Assembly (NCBI RefSeq): GCF_009914755.1
Contig: NC_060931.1
Reading direction: 5' to 3' (one strand)
DNA from: the human T2T-CHM13v2.0 reference genome, Homo sapiens
DNA length: 64,000 nucleotides
The first letter of the stretch is position 1. Each line of letters starts with the position of its first letter. The notes beneath the pieces are model-generated. The model was given only the letters and a program-made list of their open reading frames with translations, ran no database searches and was not told the origin of the DNA. A program made the translations under genes and the position numbers. This document shows, piece after piece, positions 56,801 through 64,000 of the stretch.

Positions 56801-58337
56801 CCTAAACATTGGTATTTTATACTGGTGATTAGGATAATTTAGCATTTGGGAGGAAGGTCCTGTGACCTTGTATTTCATATGAAAATATGCAGTATTACAT
56901 TTTTATGTTATGCCCTTAATGCACAGCCCTACCACAAAAGCTTCCCAAGGAGAGGCAATTTCAGGCTGATGAGGAAAGGATTTTATGATGCCATTTAAAG
57001 AAAGAAGGCAGTCAAATGCAATCAATTAGAATGAGGTACAAAACAGATGAGCTAATGGCAAAAGACTGATCCAAAAAGGTTGGCCATGGCATCTAACATC
57101 ACCTTGTAACCTGAGTTACAAATAGACCTTTTCTTTCAGAATTGAGATACGGGAGTGCTGTGATCTTTTCACATTGTCCTATTGGGGCTGGTGAGAATAT
57201 GTTTTATTCAGTTTTCATGAAACTATTAAAATGATCCATTATATGTTCAGCACATTGTGTTGCACATAAAGACTTTTTTTTCTATTGTTCTCGTGTTCCC
57301 CAAGGTCTTTTACTGCTAGCCTATGCTTCTGAATGTGTGAGGGATCAAATGAGACTTCCGATTATATGGCAAATAGCATCATCTTGAATTTTGTGAAATT
57401 ATTTCTGGATAGGATTAAATCCAGTATCTGACATTATGGTTTAGCTCATCGCTTCCCAACCTGTAAGCTCTCTTCTCAATGGCCAGTGGATGCTTTGGGA
57501 AATAATTTAAATCTGCGGTGAAATAATTGGTCCAGATAATTGTGCTCAGTGTGTGGAGATGTTGATGATTGATATCTTGATATAAGCTGTGTTCTTTAAA
57601 GGGGACTGCTTAGGAGAAGGGGCTGGACTTTTTATTGCTATAGCCTTAACTGAAAAAAAATCTGATGGTAGATGTTTGACAATAAAAAGATAGATCCAAT
57701 GTGATAACTTTTTAAAGAATAATTTTCTGTAATTTTCCTGGAGTCATCTTCATTACTAAAGGTCATTCCCAAGCTAATGGCAAAAACTCCCAGTACACTA
57801 AATAAAGGGACCACAGCAAATTGTAGGGTTTGTGACAGTTCCTACTGCTGGGAAAGGCTTGTTCACTCTTGGTTCCTGCATTAACCTATGCAGGGTAGTT
57901 TTAGTCTACCTTGTTAATACTACTTTTTCTCTGTTGGGTATTGATTAACACCTAGTGATGCTGTCATTTCTTAATGCTAGGGTGAGAGCTATTTTTTAGA
58001 ACACAACAGCATTTTAATCTTTCCAGTGTCTAAAGCAATTTTTTTTAACATGTCAGAGTTCATTTTCATTGTGGATGTCTTAATACCAATAAAAAAGGAA
58101 GGAAGAAGAAAAAGAAGGATCTGAGCTATGAAGTCAGACAGATTGGGATTGATTTTGGTTCTGCCCTTGACTGGGCTAGTCATCTTGGGCAATTTTATAA
58201 TCTTTCAATTGAGGACAATATTCTGCTCATAAACTTGCTGTAAAGGTAAATGAGACAGCATATGTAAATATATGCTTAGTACAGTGCTCCACATATAGTA
58301 AGTGTTGAATGCATAGTTATATAAGTATAAATGTGGA

Positions 58338-58527
58338 TAAACATGTATCGAGCACTTGGAAGGCAGTGTATTAGGGGATTTACACTATAGGCAGATACAC
58401 AGATATATGTAAAGGGGGGAGTGTGTGTATAAAATTTAGTGAACGTTTCTAGCTGTGTCTTTAAAGCAGAGTGCCCTGCTCAAGAAATGAAAGATTTTAT
58501 GATGATTAATAACATCCAAATCCTTCC
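58338..58527 (+). repeat. Left arm of a ~190-bp inverted duplication
   Basis: Reverse complement of 59667-59746 plus 60046-60169. Confidence 0.95.
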
Positions 58528-58950
58528 ACTCAATGATATCTTCTCTTAATATGTCTTACAGTTTTTGAGTGATTTGTGTAAAAGGATATTATTTTATATA
58601 TATTACTTACAATCTGCCTTTTTTCATTTAATAATATTTAATAAATACTTTTCATAATACTGAATTTAACAGCCACAGAATACTTTGTTGTAGTTTGAAA
58701 CATATTTTTTTAGCTAATCCTTTATGAGTGGTTACTTAGGTTTTCTTTTTTTGCATTTTTTTCTCTATAAATAGATGTGGCAGACATTCTTCAGGTTAAA
58801 TCTTTGCACGTAACCATGCTTTTTTCCTTAGGATACATTCCTGGAACTAGAATTGGAGGCCAAAAGGCTTGCCAAACTTTAAGATACCTGCTTCCTATTA
58901 CCAGGTTATGTTGGAAATTTGTACTTCTTTGCTATATATTTAAAAATATT

Positions 58951-59251
58951 GGCTGGGTATGATGGCTCATGTAATGTCAGCACTTTGAAAGGCCAAGGCA
59001 GGAAGATTGCTTGAGGCCAGGAGTTCAAGACCAGCCTGGGCAACATAGGGAAACCCTGTCTCTACCAAAAAATAAAAAATTAGCTGAGCATGGTCTCATG
59101 TACCTGTGGTCCCAGCCACTCAGGAGGCTGAGGTGGGAGGATCACTTGAGCCTGAAAGGTCGAGGCTGCAGTGAGCCCTGATGGCATCACTGAACTCCAG
59201 CCTGGGCGACAGAGTGAGACCCTGTCTGTAAAAGCAAAAAAAAAAAAAAAA
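58951..59251 (+). mobile_element. AluJ
   Basis: Sense Alu with J diagnostics and an A tail. Confidence 0.88.
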
Positions 59252-59666
59252 TTTTATCCAAACTCTGAATTTGTAAAGACATGGAAGAATGCACTAATAT
59301 CATTTGCTTTCTGCCTTTTATGTAGGAAAAATACATCTTTTTATTTTATTTTTAAAAATTTATGTTTTTTATGTTAAGGTGGCTGAAAACAAATCCCTCC
59401 TCTCTACACTGCACTTCAGTACTTCCCAGTAGGGTGTGTAGCACCCTTGCTTAGGCTGAGATCTTGGTAAGTCTGACTTGAACTCATTCTGGGCCAGTTA
59501 TCCCACATCTTCTGTAGTCGCAAATCAGACTCTCTTGCCTGGCCAAGCATCTTGCAAATCTTGGACAGGTGTCCCAAGGGAAATAATCTGTCATGGAAGC
59601 TAGAAGAGCCCAAGAAGAGCCATCATGCTTGCACATGAAAACAGTTCATTGTAAGAAATTCAGTCA

Positions 59667-60169
59667 GGTAGGATTTGGATGTTATTAATCATCATAAAAT
59701 CTTACATTTCTTGAGCAGGGCACTCTGCTTTAAAGACAGAGCTAGAGGCTGGGCTCGGTGGCTCACGCCTGTAATCCCAGCACTTTGGGAGGCAGAGGTG
59801 GGTGGATCACGATGTCAGGAGTTCAAGACCAGCCTGGCCAACATGGTGAAGCCCCCTCTCTACTAAAAATACAAAAGTTAGCCAGGCTTGGTGGCAGACG
59901 CCTGTAATCCCAGCTGTTTGGGAGGCTGAGGCAGGAGAATTGCTTGAAACTGGAAGGCAGAGGTTGCAGTGAGCCGAAATCGCAGCCACTGCACTCCAGC
60001 ATGAGTGAAAGAGCGAAATTCTGTCTCAAAAAAAAAAGAGTTAGAAACATTCACTAAATTTTATACACACATACACACACACACACACACCCTTTTACAG
60101 ATATCTGTATATCTACGTATAATGTAAATCCCCTAATACACTGCCTTCCTAGTGTTCAATACATGTTTA
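59667..60169 (-). repeat. Right arm of the inverted duplication, interrupted by an Alu and carrying an expanded (CA)n
   Basis: Aligns by eye to 58338-58527 on the opposite strand on both sides of the Alu. Confidence 0.95.
59747..60036 (+). mobile_element. AluS (Sg-like) with TSD
   Basis: TSD AGAGCTAGA (59738-59746) / AGAGTTAGA (60037-60045). Confidence 0.92.
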
Positions 60170-61381
60170 GTGGGTAGGTATATATTTGCTCTTCGCATAG
60201 TAAATACCCTCTCTGGGCAGCACATTTCAACGGAGCAGGTTGCTTCATAGTAATTCTTTAGGGGATGGTCATGGGTAAAGCTTTTTAAGGATTCATCTAG
60301 TGATCCAATTCATTTCTTTGCCACTGGGTCTAGTTGTACTTGTTGGTCACTATGAAGTGCTGATTGGTCCAATTCCTCTTGGGAAAAACATTTACTGGGA
60401 GGCCAGGTTGCTGATATATTTAGGCTTCCATATTTGCATTTAAAATAATCTATGCAATAATGTCATTGCCAAAAGGGTCCACAATTAACTCTGAATTAAT
60501 CTACTATCTTGAAGAATATTCTTTACTAATTTCATTCTGTAGAACTTATTCCATGGAACTACACACATACACATCCCATCAAACCTTATTATTCACCTTT
60601 TTGCCTCTCTTCTTCCCTACTTCCTTCACTATCTACCCCTTTGCTTTCCTTTTCTCTGGATTGAGTAAAAGTTACCATTGGTAGATGGTGCTTTGTAGAA
60701 TGTTTAAGGATTTCTCTGGGGAACAGCGCTTCAGGGCTGTATCTGTCTTGTGGTGTGAGGGCCCTCAACATGAACAAGAAAGCCTGAGTGATGTTTGTGC
60801 AAGGATATCAGCTGATTTTCATGTAAGGAGTTTCGAGATGTGTCATCTGGCAATGTAGAATTGAATCTTTACCACATGTTCATTTTTCTACACTGAGAAT
60901 GAATGTAATTCTAGTAGATGAGCAAGCAGATTGATTGGTTATTCATTGCAAATTCTGCTATTACTGGAGTGTTCTGCTTTTCTCTTCCAGTGAAGCCTAG
61001 AGATGTTTAGTGCCAAAAAACCATGTTACAGTCACTAAATTAGCCAGAGCTATAAGACAGTGGTATGGATACTTTTAAAGGATTAATATTAGCAAAGAAT
61101 GAAGGTCTGCAAAGTGGTTGCTACTGGGAGAAATTATTTGATTAATGCTTGGTGCTAACTGGAATGTTTTCTTCTTTTTCATGTTTTCCTATAAATTGTT
61201 TCCCATTTGCTTTATTACTTTTGACATCTATCTTATATATCTATATATAAGATCACTTTTCACATATAAATGCCCCTTCTCTCTGCATATATGTATTCGC
61301 TGCATAGGGTATTTCAATAAAGCATATTTTGCCTTAAAGAAAAATAAGAAAGCCTCTTTCCCTGAACTGTGTACCCATACC

Positions 61382-61701
61382 TGTGGTAAACACAGTAATG
61401 GCCCCCAAAAATCTCTATGTCCATGTCCTAATCTCTGAAACCTGTGGATATGTTATATTAAATGGCAAAGGGAAATTAAGGTTTAAACCAGGCAGAATTA
61501 AGGTTGATAATAGACTGATTTTAAAATATGGACATTATGCTGAATTATCCAGGTAGGCTCAGTGTAATCACAAGGGTCCTTAAATGTCGAAGAGGAAGGC
61601 AGAAGAGGTCAGAGTAATGCGATATGAGAAGAACTCAACCTGCCTTTGCTGGGTTTGAAGATGGAGAGAGAGGGCCACAAGCCAAGGAATGTGGATGACC
61701 T
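61382..61701 (+). mobile_element. MLT1D/E-like MaLR LTR, 5' part
   Basis: tgtggta...aatggcccccaaa...gtaatcacaagggtcctta...tttgaagatggag...aagccaaggaatg. Confidence 0.75.
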
Positions 61702-64000
61702 TACATAACCTTTGAGAAATATTCTTGCATAATAAATACACATACGTATTTTCTCCTCTTTATTTTACACAAACAGGAATTTACAGTCCACACTTTTGTA
61801 TTATTTGAGTTTTTGCTTTTTTAATCAAGTGTTTAAAAAAGATGTAGAGACTATCTTTAGATCAATTACTTTCTTTTTAAAAACAGCTTCTAGTAGTCTT
61901 TTGTATGACCATACTACAGTTTATTTAAATAATTCTCTACTGATGGAACTACTAGGCTATTTTCAGTTTGGGCTATTACAAGTCTTTGTGAATATACACA
62001 AATATATTTGCAGCAGAAATTCCCCAAAATGGAGTTGATAGATCAGTTTATAAATTTAAAGGTCAAATGACTAAATTACTCTCCAAAAGAGTCATCCAAT
62101 TTATACTGTTTTATTGCCTCTGTCTGGGCTAGAGTGTACCTTGATTATTAATTATAATGAAGTGGGAAGTATAAGATATTAAAAGACAGAGATTAGACGA
62201 GTATCACTCTGTCTTTATTCCCTATTAAATATAATTCCAAACACGGTGGCATGATTGCCAGTGAGTTCTTCAATGTGTCTTTTTCCTTATGGCATTCTTC
62301 ACTCTTGTAGACATTTTAAATTTTCATGTAGTCAGATTTATAAATTTTTCATTTATGGCTTTTGTTTTGTGACTTGCCTTCTCCAAGATTTTAAAAAAAT
62401 ATATAGACCTCCCACCTTTCTTTTTAGTACTTTTGTGCTTTCCTTTTTTACTTTTGAATCTTTGATCCAGTTAGAGGTTTTTTTCCTTTAAGGGAAAATT
62501 CATGCAATTAAATATTAAAATGAGATTTGACATAATCTCTAGGTCCTTTATGTTAACTGTATAATATATTTTAGCATAGTGGTTCCACTCTATATATATT
62601 CTTTCATCATGATTGTAATTCATACATAATTTTTTTACTTGAAGTTTTTAATATAATTGTTTAGGAATGGATTAAGTAATGTTTTGAACCTCATTGCAAC
62701 ACATAAAACAATTCACCTTTTTGTTTTAGAACTAATGTAATCCATAAAGGATTAAATAGACATGTAATAATGAGTTTTCATTGAATCATCACAAAACACA
62801 TGCTATTAATAATCTTTGGATATTTTCTAGCTCTCTACTTCCTCACGTCTGATTACAGCAATTTGGGGGAGGAAAATGTATTCAGTCTTAGTAATTTTTT
62901 ATTTTGACTTAAAGCCTCCCAGTGGAGGAATAAAGATGAATTATTTTTGCTTATAGTCTTAGAGTTGTTGTTAGAAATTGGTGTTGATGAAAATAATGAC
63001 TAATGAAGCAAGCATTGGTATGTGTTGCTGGGACCTTTGAGACTATTCCTTTTCAGTTTTTCCATTGTGGCCTAAGAATATTCTGTCTGCTATTTGAAGA
63101 AGTCATGTTTGAGCCAAATTAAATTTTCAGGTCAAGAAATATTTACTTGATTAAACATAAATTACTTTTGTGACAACTGCCTCATATTCCCAAGTCAACA
63201 AGCCTTCTCAGAAGAGGTCAGGGAGTTTCCTATATTGTTTAATTGCCTTTAACCAATGGAAGCTTGTCATAAATGGGGTCTAAAGGGAGCCTGACCTCAT
63301 CTCCCAAGGTGAAGAAGTGATTGTCTACACCATCATAAGACAAAGATGTTGCTATTCATTGCAATCCCTCAGATTATTTCATAAACGTTACTTCAGTTCC
63401 TCAGATTTTATTATTAGTGCTATCAATTTTTAAGTCCAAACTTGCAAAATAACATCACCACACCCCTGTGAGATAGCAAGTATTATTTCCATTCTCAGTT
63501 GCAGATTCCAGTTGAGTATTAATGCCTGTTTTGCCTGAAGATGAAGATAATGATCTGTATTTCTTAACTTTTTAGCCAGTTTTCCTTAATTACATTTGCA
63601 TTTTTTAGGGTCAGAGAGTTTTTGAGAGGACATACTCTTATCAGGGACTACTAAGACCAGGACTTACTCTGCATCTTGAACCACTCTGCCTCTTGTCATT
63701 AGTTTTCAACCTACGTTGTTCTTTCTCAGTACACATCCCTGGGATCGGTTCTTAAACACTTACCTTTTCCCTTTCCTTCTCTCTTAGATGTCTTTTTTCT
63801 TTGGCTTCATAAAGAAAAGAAAGGGGATCATTGGCAGTTTTGATTTACATATCTGATGGAATTTCGTTTTAGTGGCAGGGATTGGCTTGCATGAGGGTAT
63901 CTTTCCAACAAAACAAATTTGTTAACATCACTCATTTGCTTAAAAGCCTGATAAAGTCAGCATCATTTGAAAGCTCGGCAGGTACTAGGTACCTTCTAGG

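Noticed and set aside
61230-61253. 10-bp-stem palindrome ATCTTATATA-tcta-TATATAAGAT
   Set aside because: Low-complexity TA sequence, expected by chance.

Overview
Human (or very close ape) genomic DNA with no complete gene. I recognise it as the large first intron of ST7 (7q31.2, + strand). The evidence is an exact miR-6132 hairpin (39385-39493) followed by a short coding first exon MFGTESS with a phase-1 GT donor (39781-39802), plus a second candidate first exon MDYT (34180-34192). The rest is interspersed repeat: about 25 Alu/FLAM elements, a full-length THE1A provirus, a solo LTR12, Tigger1 and Tigger3, L1, L2, MIR, MER and MLT fragments. All long ORFs in the track are repeat artefacts. 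I see no convincing new protein-coding system. The most unusual structures are: (1) a ~190-bp non-Alu inverted duplication at 58.3/59.7-60.2 kb, split by a later Alu, whose inner part is much more homogeneous than its outer part; (2) a ~930-bp purine-pyrimidine-alternating tract with a 24x30-bp minisatellite at an Alu tail inside an L1 3' end; (3) the miRNA/uORF/hybrid-exon architecture of the internal ST7 promoters; (4) a 40-bp palindrome centred on a CArG box. Gene and subfamily names come from recalled sequences, not database searches.
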